A stretch of DNA of 64,000 bases from a virus: the IMG/VR virus record IMGVR_UViG_3300033981_002321, positions 11,394-75,393 of that record; one strand, given 5' to 3'. A program made the translations under genes and the position numbers. Shown in pieces: positions 9,839 to 20,706 of this stretch; the stretch's first letter is position 1; the number at the start of each line of letters is the position of its first letter. The notes beneath the pieces are model-generated. The model searched no databases and was not told the origin of the DNA. It saw nothing but the letters and a program-made list of their open reading frames with translations.

Positions 9839-11296
9839 TCAAGCGCTCTTAGGCAGTCCAGGGGGCGGGGAACTGCAAAGTATAGAGCTATCCAGCAATC
9901 GTTTCAACGGGTTTTCAATGAAACAATCAAATTCATCGAGATAAATGAAAGCTTCATAGAATTTTGAAGCAATTTTTTTACAGTTATATCGATTCGAGGG
10001 CGCCATTGACTTTCTGTACTGGTGCCTGCCTGGGTTGACACCGTTACTAAGGGGGGTGTGGGCCAGGAGAGAAACCCAGTATTCCCAGTGCTTCTCAAGG
10101 GTTCTGCGGCTGATCTTGGCTGCTTTGGCAAGTTCCCTCTTGCTCAGCCCTGCTGCTTTCTTGCAGTTCCTCCAAACAACTTTAAGCTTCTCTCGACTTT
10201 CTTTGAAAAGCCTCTCATTGCGATGCTTATCACCACCAAGCTTCTCTGCTGGTACAGCTTTCAAGTTGCCGAAATCCTTTTTAAGTGAACACCTTGCCAG
10301 TCTCTCGCCCCACCCACCACGAATTGCCGTCAAGTCTTTTTTAGTTTTATCAGATGCGTGTTCATCGAAGCCTTCTGTCTCAAGTGCATTATCTCTGATA
10401 ATTTCTCCAAGCTGCACTGGGCAAGTGATGTGAGGGTTTTTAATTCTTGCAAGTGTTGTGATGCGCAGAAGTAGTTTCTCGCTTTGACCGCTTTCAGTCC
10501 ACTTGATGCCAGATTCCTTGCTGTTAAAGTTATTCGCTTTTTTCTTCGCCCCCAATGCGCCCCAGGCAGTTCTCTTCTTGAGCTGCTTTGCCGCTTCAAT
10601 CAATTTTCGCCATTCATGGCAGTCTTTAGCCTCCTCCAAATCATTGTTGAGCTGGCTGTAAATTAAATCGCAGTCTTCAACGTATGACTCGTTGACGATC
10701 AGAGCGCTGCCCTGCTGTCCGGGGAGGCGGAATCCCTGGCTCTGGACCCGCCCCAGCGAGAGATCTTCCCGGAAGTCCATCCGTGAGGGGAACAGCTCTG
10801 CCTGGCCTTGCTGAGCCTCGATCCCGGCCCTCCTGAACAGCTCCATGCCGATCCAGTGGGCCAGCCAGCAGGGGGCGGCTTCGGGCAGAGAGATGTAGCA
10901 GTGCAGCCCACCAGACTCACTGCTGCGAATGAAAGATACAGAGCAGCCAGCTTTATTTGCTTCTTGTTCGAGTTGTATTAGTTCTTTGCTGCGAGCGAAT
11001 TTGTGCCAGTATTTACTGCTGTAGTCTTCTTTGTGATCAAAGTCGCAGGTTATTGACCTTACAAATCCTTCGGGGCGGATACCAGCAATGTTTCTCTCGC
11101 TGCTGGTTAAGTTGCAGATCGCCTCTCTTCTGTAGGGCTTGGGCAGAGAAACCCATTCACCGCCGGGTTTCTTGGCGATGGCAAAGTGCCATTCACTGGG
11201 ATGAGCAACCGAGAGCCATTGCTCTTGGGGGGTGGGTTGCTGCTTGGGGCTTGGGTGCATTAGAATGCGCTTGTTCGACTTTGACAGTGAACACAT
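9839..11296 (-). CDS. AEP-fold primase/replication-initiator-like protein with C-terminal HTH
   Basis: hhDhD (TCDFD), 'RSSESGGLHCY' and 'ELFP...FRLP' AEP motifs; C-terminal 'LSKRELAKAAKISRRTL' HTH. Resembles cyanobacterial plasmid Rep-type proteins. Start may be 11260. Confidence 0.65.
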   Translation of the reverse strand: MCSLSKSNKRILMHPSPKQQPTPQEQWLSVAHPSEWHFAIAKKPGGEWVSLPKPYRREAICNLTSSERNIAGIRPEGFVRSITCDFDHKEDYSSKYWHKFARSKELIQLEQEANKAGCSVSFIRSSESGGLHCYISLPEAAPCWLAHWIGMELFRRAGIEAQQGQAELFPSRMDFREDLSLGRVQSQGFRLPGQQGSALIVNESYVEDCDLIYSQLNNDLEEAKDCHEWRKLIEAAKQLKKRTAWGALGAKKKANNFNSKESGIKWTESGQSEKLLLRITTLARIKNPHITCPVQLGEIIRDNALETEGFDEHASDKTKKDLTAIRGGWGERLARCSLKKDFGNLKAVPAEKLGGDKHRNERLFKESREKLKVVWRNCKKAAGLSKRELAKAAKISRRTLEKHWEYWVSLLAHTPLSNGVNPGRHQYRKSMAPSNRYNCKKIASKFYEAFIYLDEFDCFIENPLKRLLDSSILCSSPPPGLPKSA

Positions 11297-11331
11297 AGCG
11301 GAGTCTGGTCAAGACTTCTTTATCCGCTATT

Positions 11332-11363
11332 GAGGCCCTGGGAGTTTCCGCTCCTGGGGCCTC
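11332..11363. terminator. GC-rich hairpin upstream of the rep-like gene
   Basis: GAGGCCCTGGGAG/CTCCTGGGGCCTC inverted repeat. Confidence 0.5.
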
Positions 11364-11516
11364 ACCCTTTTCAGGGGTCGTGCTTTGGTCAGTGTAGCCC
11401 GAGAGACAAGACCCGAGCCTGGGATGTTTGGTGCCGGTCCAGATTATTCACAAGCCAAAGCCAAGTCTTGCTTTCTGGCTTTTTCCGTCTAGCCTGAGGC
11501 AACCTCTACTTTCGCC

Positions 11517-11816
11517 ATGCTTTCCACGAAGACTAGGCTGCGCGTTGAGTTTATCTGCAGGAGAATTGAAAGTTGCGCCCCCGTCGAATTATCTGATATG
11601 ACTTGGGTGCAGAAGTGGGCGGTATCAAATAGAACGGTTCACGACATGCTGCAAAATGCTCGTCGTCGCGCAGTGAGCAATGACAAGCAAGACTGGGACC
11701 TATGCGATGAGATGAATCTCGGGGACCCCGATCCGTCAAGTCACGTTACGAAAGATAGCACCGTTGACGACCTTGCCAATTTCTTCAAAGCACCGGACTG
11801 GATGCGAAGAGATTGA
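11517..11816 (+). CDS. Conserved cyanophage hypothetical protein
   Basis: 'MLSTxxRLRxEFIC..I.....V.L.DM.W..K.A' signature recalled from cyanophage genomes. Confidence 0.75.
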   Translation: MLSTKTRLRVEFICRRIESCAPVELSDMTWVQKWAVSNRTVHDMLQNARRRAVSNDKQDWDLCDEMNLGDPDPSSHVTKDSTVDDLANFFKAPDWMRRD

Positions 11817-11938
11817 AAGTCGAAGGGGCGGGCCAGCTTGCAGGCTGAGCGGTGTCGTTTTTATCTGTAGTGTACTAATGACACTCTTGCAACTGTCACA
11901 TATCTCTTTCGCTTCCGGTCTTGCAAGTCTCTCTGAGT

Positions 11939-12865
11939 CTACCTCTGCCAAATGCCCTCGATCACGGTCTGATACTTCTTGGGCAGAAGCTGCAGATCTT
12001 TCCTGTGAGTGCTGACGTGGCCTTTGCGTAGTAATTCCGCATGGTACATGAATTCCCCGAAAGCCTTGCGACTCTCGGGGATATTTTCTCTGGCGTAGCG
12101 TTCAATTGCTGATGCAGCTTTTTTGACTTTGCCGTCGCCTTGCATGTGTCTGTTGAGTCTTCTTCAGTTTACTGGCCAGCTATCAGCCTGAAGAGGTATT
12201 TGAATATGTTGTCCCTGCTTGGGCCATCCTGCCTGCTGTATTCCACAATCCGCCCTTTCTCGACTCCGATTACGCTCTTTCTCCAGCGCATGTCTTCTGT
12301 AGCTAGCTCCCTGGCTTGTTTTTCGAGAGCCTCTCTCTCTATGCGATTATTTCGTATTTTTTGCATGATTTCTTTTTTGATCAGCAATAGATAAGCCTCT
12401 CTTTCTTCCTTGTCAAATGAAAATCCCTTGATTTCACGTCGGGCTGATTCCGCCTCCACGAGTTCCATCTCCTTTTCAGAGAGATGCAAGCTTTGCAGTT
12501 GCCGGTCGCTATCGAAATACCGACACTTTGTACATCGGTATTTGTCAAAAACTTCTTGACTGAAGCAAGTTCTGCAGGTGTAATGAAAAATGTACTTTGC
12601 CATGATTTGTTAATAAATGAAACTAGAAGGGGCAGTCTTTGCGATAGGAGATGTGAACGTATTCGTATTCCGAGTCGTCCATACTTTTTGGCTTCGGACT
12701 CGACGAAGCAGTAGGTTTCTGCTTTGGTTTTTCCATGTCGATCCGGAGAGAGGCTCCGTCAATTCTGCCTCTGTACGCATCAAACCAATGCTTGAGTGTG
12801 TAGTATTCGGTTTCATTTTCGGCTAAAACCGTAAGTGTTCCGTCTTTGCTGATAGCTGCTTTCAT
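11939..12865 (-). other. Hypothetical genes 11939-12145, 12169-12603 (CxxC/CxxC plus coiled coil), 12623-12865
   Basis: Contiguous minus-strand ORFs. Confidence 0.65.
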
Positions 12866-12917
12866 TGAGACTTTGCGCGGGGGCGGAAGTTTGCAGGTCT
12901 GGCAAACAGCTTACATC

Positions 12918-13916
12918 TTACACCCCCGTGACGAAAACAGGCTTATACCACTGGACTTTTCTTTCAGATTTTCTTGGCCCGCACAGAACTGTGTGCCAAT
13001 GCCCACGCCTCCAATGCGCCCTGACGGCCTTCTTCTCTTCCGTGCTCTCTTGTGATCGCTTGGCCTTCTTTCTCTCGTACTTGAAATTCTTGCCAATCCA
13101 GGTGGGGGCGAGAGGTTGCTTGCCACTATTCCCACCAAAGCCCATGCCTTTTGTGATGGGGCGAGAGTCTGTAGAGATCAGCTCTGGCTCATATAGGTGT
13201 ACGAGCAGTGAGTTGATGGCAATTCGCAGTATCTTTTCAGTGCTCTCGTTTTGATAGCCAGAGTTCTCTGCGTACTTTATGTTTTCCTCGTGCCAGCTCT
13301 TGGCGTTCTCGTCAACGAACTCTTGCCAGAAGTTGCTGCCCCCTGGTGTGATCGTCCCCACCTGTATTCCGCTCGCCCCCAAAAAAGCATCGGGGCTGAG
13401 CTTTTCGTTTGGAAAAAATTGCTTACATATTTCTTTACCTCTTTTCATCTCATCGCTTTCGATCTCTGGGTATAGCTCGCCGGTTCTGATAATCAAAGAT
13501 ACAACTTCATCCCCCTGGTGATCGTATATGAATTTGCGGGGCAAAAACAGATGAATGTATGGCAGCACTTCTAAAATGTCTTTTGTTAGTGATGGAGTCG
13601 GCGTATTGATAAACGCTTCGCACATTTCCCTGGTGATAAACCTTGCTGGGGCAGAATTAAGAAGAGCGTCTCTGCTCAATTCGCCAACCTTGACCGCGAG
13701 AACATCGCTATGCTCGTATCCGGTGAGGATCACACGCACACTCCCCGCTGCAAAGCATACCTTCAGGTGTGTGTTCCAGTCGATGTAGTTGGGCGGAGAT
13801 CGATATAGAGATTCTTGCTTGAAGACTGCGTCTGTGTACTCTTTATTCGCCTCAAGCATTGAGGCAAGCTTTTGCATTGAGTTTTTTGCAAAGTTGTCGA
13901 GCGAAAGCTTTGTCAT
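12918..13916 (-). CDS. Hypothetical protein with C-terminal HWRRGHW motif
   Basis: 'VRAHWRRGHWHTVLCGP...W.KP.FV', a motif widespread in phage proteins. Confidence 0.8.
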   Translation of the reverse strand: MTKLSLDNFAKNSMQKLASMLEANKEYTDAVFKQESLYRSPPNYIDWNTHLKVCFAAGSVRVILTGYEHSDVLAVKVGELSRDALLNSAPARFITREMCEAFINTPTPSLTKDILEVLPYIHLFLPRKFIYDHQGDEVVSLIIRTGELYPEIESDEMKRGKEICKQFFPNEKLSPDAFLGASGIQVGTITPGGSNFWQEFVDENAKSWHEENIKYAENSGYQNESTEKILRIAINSLLVHLYEPELISTDSRPITKGMGFGGNSGKQPLAPTWIGKNFKYERKKAKRSQESTEEKKAVRAHWRRGHWHTVLCGPRKSERKVQWYKPVFVTGV

Positions 13917-14079
13917 TGCTCTTCAGTGTCAATTGATTTGGACTTTTGTTTTTTCTTGTCGGTCTCAAGATGCCTAAAAAGATCAGGGTGATCCAAGGGC
14001 CACGAAGAAATCACCCCATTGCGCCCTGCGTAACGCGAACGTAAATTGTTGATCCACTGCTTGTATTCTTTGCTTGCTC

Positions 14080-14768
14080 TCACGACGGCTCAATTCCGCC
14101 AAGAATGCAAGCAATCATATCGGCCGCAGATTTGTTTTCTTTGCTCATTTCAATGCGCAGTGATATTTCTCGCCCAATCCACCACCATTGATTCGTAGCC
14201 TGCCCCTGCCAGGTTTCCGCAATTTTGGAAACTTCTACGAAAAACTGAGCCTGCTCTTCGTGATCAAGACCGCAAAACCATGCTGCAACCTCTTCGACTT
14301 CGGCAGAGATCAGTGCTGGCATTTTTGTGCCAGTCCCATCCGTTGACGGAATTTTCGTATAATCAGTTTGATCCGAGTCTCTGGTGTTCATTTCTTTTTA
14401 AGGCTGGGATGAGGGCAGACAAGATTCTTGATCCTGTCTTGTTCTTTCTCGATAGTCTTCTGCTGCTCGGCATACAATGCAAGATGCCTTTCCAGTGCAT
14501 TTAGCTCGGGGGCCTTGCTGCCAACAGCATGACGCTTGAAGTAGTCTCGCAGCTCTTCCAGTACACCGAATTCGTACTCACTTCTTTCTGGACCCCATTT
14601 GCCATAGACCTTATGCAGTTGGAATAACTGATACCATTCCTTGTCGTCAAGATACCTTCTCTTTGCTGCCCACATCAAATCACTGTACTTGAGCTTGTCA
14701 TTTCGCTTTTGCTCTCGTTCGAGCTTTTTGTTTTCCTGGGCTTCGCGACGAGAAATGAAAGTTGCCAT
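14080..14768 (-). other. Hypothetical genes 14080-14391 and 14388-14768
   Basis: Overlapping stop/start. Confidence 0.7.
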
Positions 14769-14794
14769 TTGCTGTGTAAATGATGTTTTGGGTT

Positions 14795-14932
14795 TTACCT
14801 GTCAAGAGCCCAAGCAACGAACGATGACAGCAGCCAGATGGTCGTCATGAACCTGGCGAATCCCTTGTCTCCGGCATTTGCTTGTGCGCCCCAGACAATG
14901 GCTGCCATCAAGCAGAACTGATAGAATGGCAT
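14795..14932 (-). CDS. 45-aa two-TM membrane microprotein, copy A
   Basis: MPFYQFCLMAAIVWGAQANAGDKGFARFMTTIWLLSSFVAWALDR*; not in the ORF track. Confidence 0.7.
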   Translation of the reverse strand: MPFYQFCLMAAIVWGAQANAGDKGFARFMTTIWLLSSFVAWALDR

Positions 14933-14963
14933 CTGCTGCTATGAATAGTGTTTACGTTTTGCT

Positions 14964-15101
14964 TTATCTCTCAAGGCACCAGACCACGACCGATGCCAGG
15001 AGGTAGACGAATGACATGATCTTTGCAAAGTCTTTGTCTCCGGCATTTGCTTGTGCGTGCCAAAAGATAGATGCAGCTAAGAAAATTTGAGAAAATTGCA
15101 T
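14964..15101 (-). CDS. 45-aa two-TM membrane microprotein, copy B
   Basis: MQFSQIFLAASIFWHAQANAGDKDFAKIMSFVYLLASVVVWCLER*; same length as copy A. Confidence 0.7.
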   Translation of the reverse strand: MQFSQIFLAASIFWHAQANAGDKDFAKIMSFVYLLASVVVWCLER

Positions 15102-15141
15102 TTGCCGTTTAAGTGGTATTTACAATAAAAGGAGGCGATGA

Positions 15142-15642
15142 TCACCAAAGCCCCCGACAGATCGGGAAGATCGAGCTTTTTGCAATCTGCCAAATGGAGA
15201 TATAGTCTTCTTTTTTCACGCCCCCATTGGTAACGACTCGCCGGGCCAGCTCGGAGTCAGGGGCGGCGGAAATGCCGTAAACATTGGCGCTTGAGGCGGC
15301 TTCGCAAAAGCCAAGAAATTCGGGAGTTTTCGTCTGTGCAAAGGCTGTTCCAGAAAAAAGCATTGCAGCGAAAACAGAAAAACCTGCCAGCCTGGAGAAT
15401 GGTTTCTTTGCTACATGGATTGCTGGGACGGTCCACATCTCAGCCCCCGCCACGGATTCTGGGACGGCCTTGAGACGGCAGACGAGGCTCGGGAAGGCCT
15501 GGGTCTTGACCGTGCGATTGCTGGGCAGTTGGACGGTCACCAGGGGCTGCTCAGCGCTTCGCCCCACGAACTCGAACCCTTGATCCTCAAAGCCCTTCAC
15601 GTAAATGGTGTCGCCTGGCTTGATTGAAGAGAAGTGATTCAT
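15142..15642 (-). CDS. Hypothetical protein with internal signal/TM segment
   Basis: ATG downstream of the promoter at 15668-15696; hydrophobic 'LAGFSVFAAMLFSGTAFA'. Confidence 0.65.
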   Translation of the reverse strand: MNHFSSIKPGDTIYVKGFEDQGFEFVGRSAEQPLVTVQLPSNRTVKTQAFPSLVCRLKAVPESVAGAEMWTVPAIHVAKKPFSRLAGFSVFAAMLFSGTAFAQTKTPEFLGFCEAASSANVYGISAAPDSELARRVVTNGGVKKEDYISIWQIAKSSIFPICRGLW

Positions 15643-15667
15643 GGATGTAAATGATTGATCGCTTCTA

Positions 15668-15696
15668 ATGATACATGACAGATTGGCGGCTGTCAA
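15668..15696 (-). promoter_or_regulatory. Sigma70 promoter TTGACA-17-TATCAT
   Basis: Exact spacing on the minus strand. Confidence 0.7.
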
Positions 15697-15703
15697 CCCC
15701 TTT

Positions 15704-16130
15704 TCAAGATATTTCCTGTTTTTCCGTCTCTACTTCTCTTTCTCGCCCCCGCAGCTTGCATCTTTGCACGCGAATCCTGAACATTGAAGAACAGATGCTG
15801 GTGGTATGTTCTTCAAGTTTGCTCTGAAGCTCTTTAGAGATAGAACAGTATTCGGACTCAAGTGTTTCAAGCAGGCCATTGACTTCTTGAGAGGCTGCTC
15901 GAAGTTTTTCCTCAGAAAGTTGCAACTGCTTCAAGACTGTCTGCTTTTCTGCTTCTGAAATCGCAAAGTTGATCATAGACTTCTTTTTTGATTTTTTTAA
16001 CAGTTACCTGTTCGTAGTCGTGGGCATCGAGGGTGTCCAGGGCTTCTTTCAGGGAGGCGCAGGATTCTGGCAGGGTTCCAACTTCGGACTCCCCTGATGG
16101 CAAAATGGCTTCGTAGACGAAAACAGACAT
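15704..16130 (-). other. Hypothetical genes 15704-15976 (coiled coil) and 15912-16130
   Basis: First genes of the leftward arm, divergent from 16174. Confidence 0.6.
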
Positions 16131-16173
16131 GGTGAAAGCATTTTGTTTGCGAAACTGATTCAATTTTACAACC

Positions 16174-17197
16174 ATGCCAAGAAAGCGCAACTCAAAAGCC
16201 CCCTTTGCTTACGAAATCACCATCCACGACCGAGGGGCCTACGAGGTCGAGCGGAGGAGAAGGAGGGCGATGAAGAGTGGGCAGATTCACGAGTCAGACC
16301 GCTGGCGTGCGATTAGACACGAGGATGCGATCATGTTTTTTACATTTCAGGTCTTGAGGTTAAAACAGCAAATAAGACGCCCTTGGTACTGTTACTACAA
16401 AGTCACGGGGTATGGGGCGCCGGGGCGCAAGGAGTTTCTTTGTCCATTTACTTTTATGAAGGCCACTACAATTCAAGAGTCACAAGCCAAAATGTATCGG
16501 CAGTGGTACGCTCGCTGCATTGAGAAGTCTCGAATGATTCTTGAGTGGTTGATTCATTTGCCACCAACTGAATATACTCAGGACTTGCACCACTACCTGC
16601 TTAGGCTTTTAGTTTTCCCTCGCCCCACTACTTTCCAGGTTGATGCCTACAAGCAAAAAAGAGAATCAAAGATTTCACGGGCGTTATTCGGATGATGGGC
16701 ATTTTTATTTTTCACGTACCCAGACAGATAATAGGTTTGCTCTTTGCAAAGAGTCGCTGGCCTACAAGCGAGGGGTGAAGATAAGACTGAGAAGGATTTA
16801 TGGTTCGATAAAAGATATTGAGAAGTGCTCGATAGCAGAATGCTCTTCAGTTCATCAACTGCATAAAAGATATGTTGATTTAGCCTTGCTAGCAGATGGG
16901 GGAGAGTATTGCAAGTATGAGCAAGAGTGCTGCCCAGAGGGAGCCTTGTTTCCTTTTGTGAGAACAACTGGTTCTAGTCTCGCCCCTATCGACACGGGTT
17001 GCATTTGGTTGGGCACGAGGTTTGATTATCCACTCATTTTTGTAGATAACGAAGTCGCAAAATGGATCAGCCCATATTCTCAGGGGGGATTTCCAAGAGT
17101 TGATCCCTTTCGTCCATATTTTGAAGTCATGGATCTTTTGCCAAAGCTGATGAATAAAGCTCGCTACCCTGATCTTGACGTAGAAGGTCTGATCTAA
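16174..17197 (+). other. Hypothetical genes 16174-16695 and ~16640-17197
   Basis: Long ORFs; start of the second is uncertain. Confidence 0.6.
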
Positions 17198-17221
17198 GCT
17201 ATGGGTACAAGCTCTTTGTGC

Positions 17222-17250
17222 TTGACAGCTGGCACTAATAGTGCTATATT
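17222..17250 (+). promoter_or_regulatory. Early promoter P1, TTGACA-17-TATATT with GCAC-N5-GTGC palindrome
   Basis: TTTGTGC-TTGACA gctgGCACtaataGTGC TATATT. Confidence 0.8.
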
Positions 17251-18852
17251 ATAGATGTCCAGGACACCATCCCTTCATGTCCATTGTTCATCTTAATCTC
17301 GTTTCACATCAAGAAGCAGTTAAAACTGCTCCCGAGCCTGGAGACAAACAAACGCTGCATGAACGCATGTGTTTTATCGCAGACAGGATTGTTCGATACA
17401 ATCTTTCTGATGTTGCTGTTCACGATGCTCGTAAGCTCAGGAAAATGCGATGCGGCGAATATCGCCTGTGGATCGTGACCGAGTTCGGTTCTCAATTTCT
17501 GCCACTCTCTTGCAAGTTGTCAGAGTGGAAGAACATGGAGCTGAATGACTATCGACTCTCTGCCGTTCATGTTACAATCGCAAAGCTTCTAACAACTCAT
17601 GGATGGCAGCAAGCACAGAACCGTGTTTTATTCAACTCTGCAGAGTTTTATCTCGTGGGTAAAGGTTCTGATAGTTTCTCTGGCACTATTGAGCCTATGT
17701 CTTTTCCTGACGTTGTTCGTTTTGTTTTCTTTAATGAATTTGTAGAGATCCCCGAGTCTCTTAGCCACCTGTTCTGACTATCAATCCATTGCATCGCTCA
17801 AATGAAAACACCCGAGCTTTACGTAGGTGACATTCTTGTTGCCCTTGAAGCAATTGATTTCGCTGCTCATTCTCTTACGCAGGGCTATTTGGCGAAATCG
17901 AAAGCTATTAAGCGCAAGTCTTTTTTCAGGCCATGGAATAAACTTGCTCTTTCGAGAGAGCTTCTTGCCGACGCAAGCTTTGCACTTGGAAGACTTGGGC
18001 ATCTTCAATCCATCAGAGAGAAGCTGCTGCAGAGCACTGGCCTAGATGAAGACATGCGCCCCATCACCCTCGAAGAAATCCTCAAGAAAAATGCAACAAG
18101 AACTAATTGATGAGATCGCTAAGTTCATTCTCTATCTTGAGAATGTTGATGGCGAATCGTGGAACTCTCTGATGAAAGAACTGTCCGCGACTTACGAGGC
18201 AGGTCAAGGGCTTATGTTTTTTGGGCTTAGTATTGAAAAATGCTACGCTTTTGCAGATAGATGGTTTGGGCAGTATTGGTACAGTTTCTGCCCCCAGGAA
18301 ATCAGGTACGATTTCAGGCGACACCAAACCTCTGTTAGTCTTTTCGCTGCTGCCGAGATTCTTTCGGGGGCGGAGAAAGAGTTCAAGCTTGGTAACTTTT
18401 TTCATTGATTAACATGACAACAGCTCAAATGACAACTATCAAAAACCCCACAGCACTTGCTCTTGTTGAGGCAATGCTTCAAACATCTACTGATGATTTT
18501 GACACGCCCCTTTCCGAAATCTATTCTCCAGCAGAGGTTCTTCCCGAGTCAGTTAAGAGAATCTACCTGGAGTTTCAGCGGTTCATTGAAATGGTTGAGC
18601 CGGAAATTGACAAAGTTGACGAAAGAGAGTGGAACAGTCTTGATGAGTTCTACCTTGATTCCCGCCCCGACAATCCCACTGAGCTGTACTTTGTTTATAC
18701 CAGGAACTACGAAGGCGAAGGCTTTTGGAACAAGGACAAATGGGATGAATCTGTATCCAATATCTTGACCAGGGCTGCTCATTCTTTTCCTGAGATTGTG
18801 GCTTCTCTCGATGACAATGGGAGAATTTACTTCCATTGAGTTCCTGAAGCGG

Positions 18853-18921
18853 TTTATTTGTGCTTGACAAACAGCCGTCAAGATGGTATCATTGAATCAG
18901 TGAGGGCGCAGTGTCCTTACT
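18853..18921 (+). promoter_or_regulatory. Early promoter P2 plus 5' hairpin
   Basis: TTGACA 18864-17-TATCAT 18887; hairpin 18899-18921. Confidence 0.8.
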
Positions 18922-18939
18922 TCCCATCGCTTTATTTAC

Positions 18940-19284
18940 GTGTCAACTTCAACTGTTTCCAGATTAGATGATTGCTGGCAGCCTCATGAAATTGAGGGCG
19001 AAGACGAATCACTTTTTGGTTCTGTTCTAATCATTGGCGATCATCGCGGGATCTACGTTCCGCAGGTCTTCTGCCAGCGCTACAAAAAGACCGATAAGGT
19101 ATCTCAGGAAGACTGGGATATTTGTCTTTCCGGCCCAGACCACGAATACTACTGGGACTCGTGGGAAATCATTCTGAATGAATGGGGCGTGGAAGAAACA
19201 GATCAGTCTGGCAACAGGTATCAGATAGGCATCTATCAAGATGGCGATCTATTTCAAACTCGACGACTTATCGAAACTACATGA
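18940..19284 (+). CDS. Acidic hypothetical protein, paralog of 8619..8987
   Basis: Same shared motif as 8619..8987. Confidence 0.75.
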   Translation: MSTSTVSRLDDCWQPHEIEGEDESLFGSVLIIGDHRGIYVPQVFCQRYKKTDKVSQEDWDICLSGPDHEYYWDSWEIILNEWGVEETDQSGNRYQIGIYQDGDLFQTRRLIETT

Positions 19285-19747
19285 AAACCGTACAGGACGA
19301 ACGCTGGCTTAACGAACCTGAGTTCGAGGATAAGCGAGAGCTTTTCTTTCGCTCTCGCTATCTCGACAAAGAGATCGCATTGCAAGATATTCTTTCAATG
19401 CACATAGACGATCTCAAGAAGTTGTGGCTTGAGGTTGAAGCTCAACATGCCTTGCAGGGGTTTCACTCTGATGTCAACTCTCAGATTGAGCGCATAGACC
19501 CTTCTCACAATTGGAAGGAGGCTCATAGGCGCTTTGCCTTCAAGCGTTTTGTTCTTGTATTTTTCAGCAAAGCTGTTTCAAGGGAAATTAATTTTCGTGT
19601 TGGGGCGCTTAAGCAAAAACGAGAGTTCCTAGTTCAAAAGGAGATTGCTTCCTTGGCCAAGGAGGCTCTCGGTGGTGAAAAGTTTGCGAGGATTCTCTCG
19701 CAAGCCAACATAACAGCTGATCAAAAACTTCTTTCTCTTTCTTCGAC

Positions 19748-20089
19748 ATGACAAATTATCACCGACAGGCAATTGATTGGGTTACGCGAGAGCTTGACTG
19801 GAAAGCTGTTGCGCTTGAGATGGCAAAAGTGCAGCCCAAGCTATTTGTTGCTTGTGCAAAACGAGTTTCTCCATCGCATGTTCTCGATGATCGAGTTGCA
19901 AATCTTGCAGTCAGCGAGATCGAGAAGCAGGTTGTTCACCACGTTCTTCATGGTGGTGGTTATCCAGCCGCAAAGATCAAGGCGATTAAGTTTCATCGAG
20001 AGTTGACTGGTGTTGGGCTGGGAGAGTCCAGGCAGTTCATCGAGGAACTTTTTTCTCGCTCCAACGTTTTTTCTGTTGCAAACCAATGA
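19748..20089 (+). CDS. Protein with ribosomal L7/L12 C-terminal-like domain
   Basis: 'KIKAIKFHRELTGVGLGESRQFIE' matches the bL12 CTD consensus KIxxIKxxRxxTGLGLxEAKxxVE. Confidence 0.7.
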   Translation: MTNYHRQAIDWVTRELDWKAVALEMAKVQPKLFVACAKRVSPSHVLDDRVANLAVSEIEKQVVHHVLHGGGYPAAKIKAIKFHRELTGVGLGESRQFIEELFSRSNVFSVANQ

Positions 20090-20706
20090 GCACCTACATA
20101 AGGCCAGCCCGCATCAAAGATTGTTCTGTTCAATTCGTTGTCCCTGACGGCGAAGCTCTTTGGCCGAGGGAGAAGGCTCTCCTGCTTGTCAAAGAGCTGG
20201 AGCGACTTCTTGAGCAAGACGAAAAGCGGCGCACCCAAGATCGATACTTGTCGGACTTTGCAAGCACGATTGAAGAATTTGTGGCCGATGTTCAAGACAT
20301 TGTTGATTACGATCCAACGGGCGAAATTGATGGCGAGCCTCCATTGAGTGTAAAGGAAATGGCGAACATTTCTTTTCAGCAAAAACTTGCTCTTAAAAAA
20401 TGACTTGCATTTCTCTTCCTTCTTTCTTATTTTCCCCTAAGATTTTCGCACTGCTTTATGTCTTGCTTTCAGCCTGTGCGATGCCTGCGGTTTGTTCGTT
20501 TTATGCCAGCAAGCAAGACCGCTGGCTTTGCCAAATCAATCTATGGGAGAGGTTTGGCTGTTCAATAGCTGCAGCGTTCTGGCCAGTTTTGATTGTAATC
20601 AGGATTTTTCTCCTTGGCGTTCGGTTTTTTGTCTGGGTGCTTCCGTACTGATTCAAGCTGGTAGCAAGATCCGCTGATTACAAACTTTCTTCATTTCAGA
20701 TTTATC

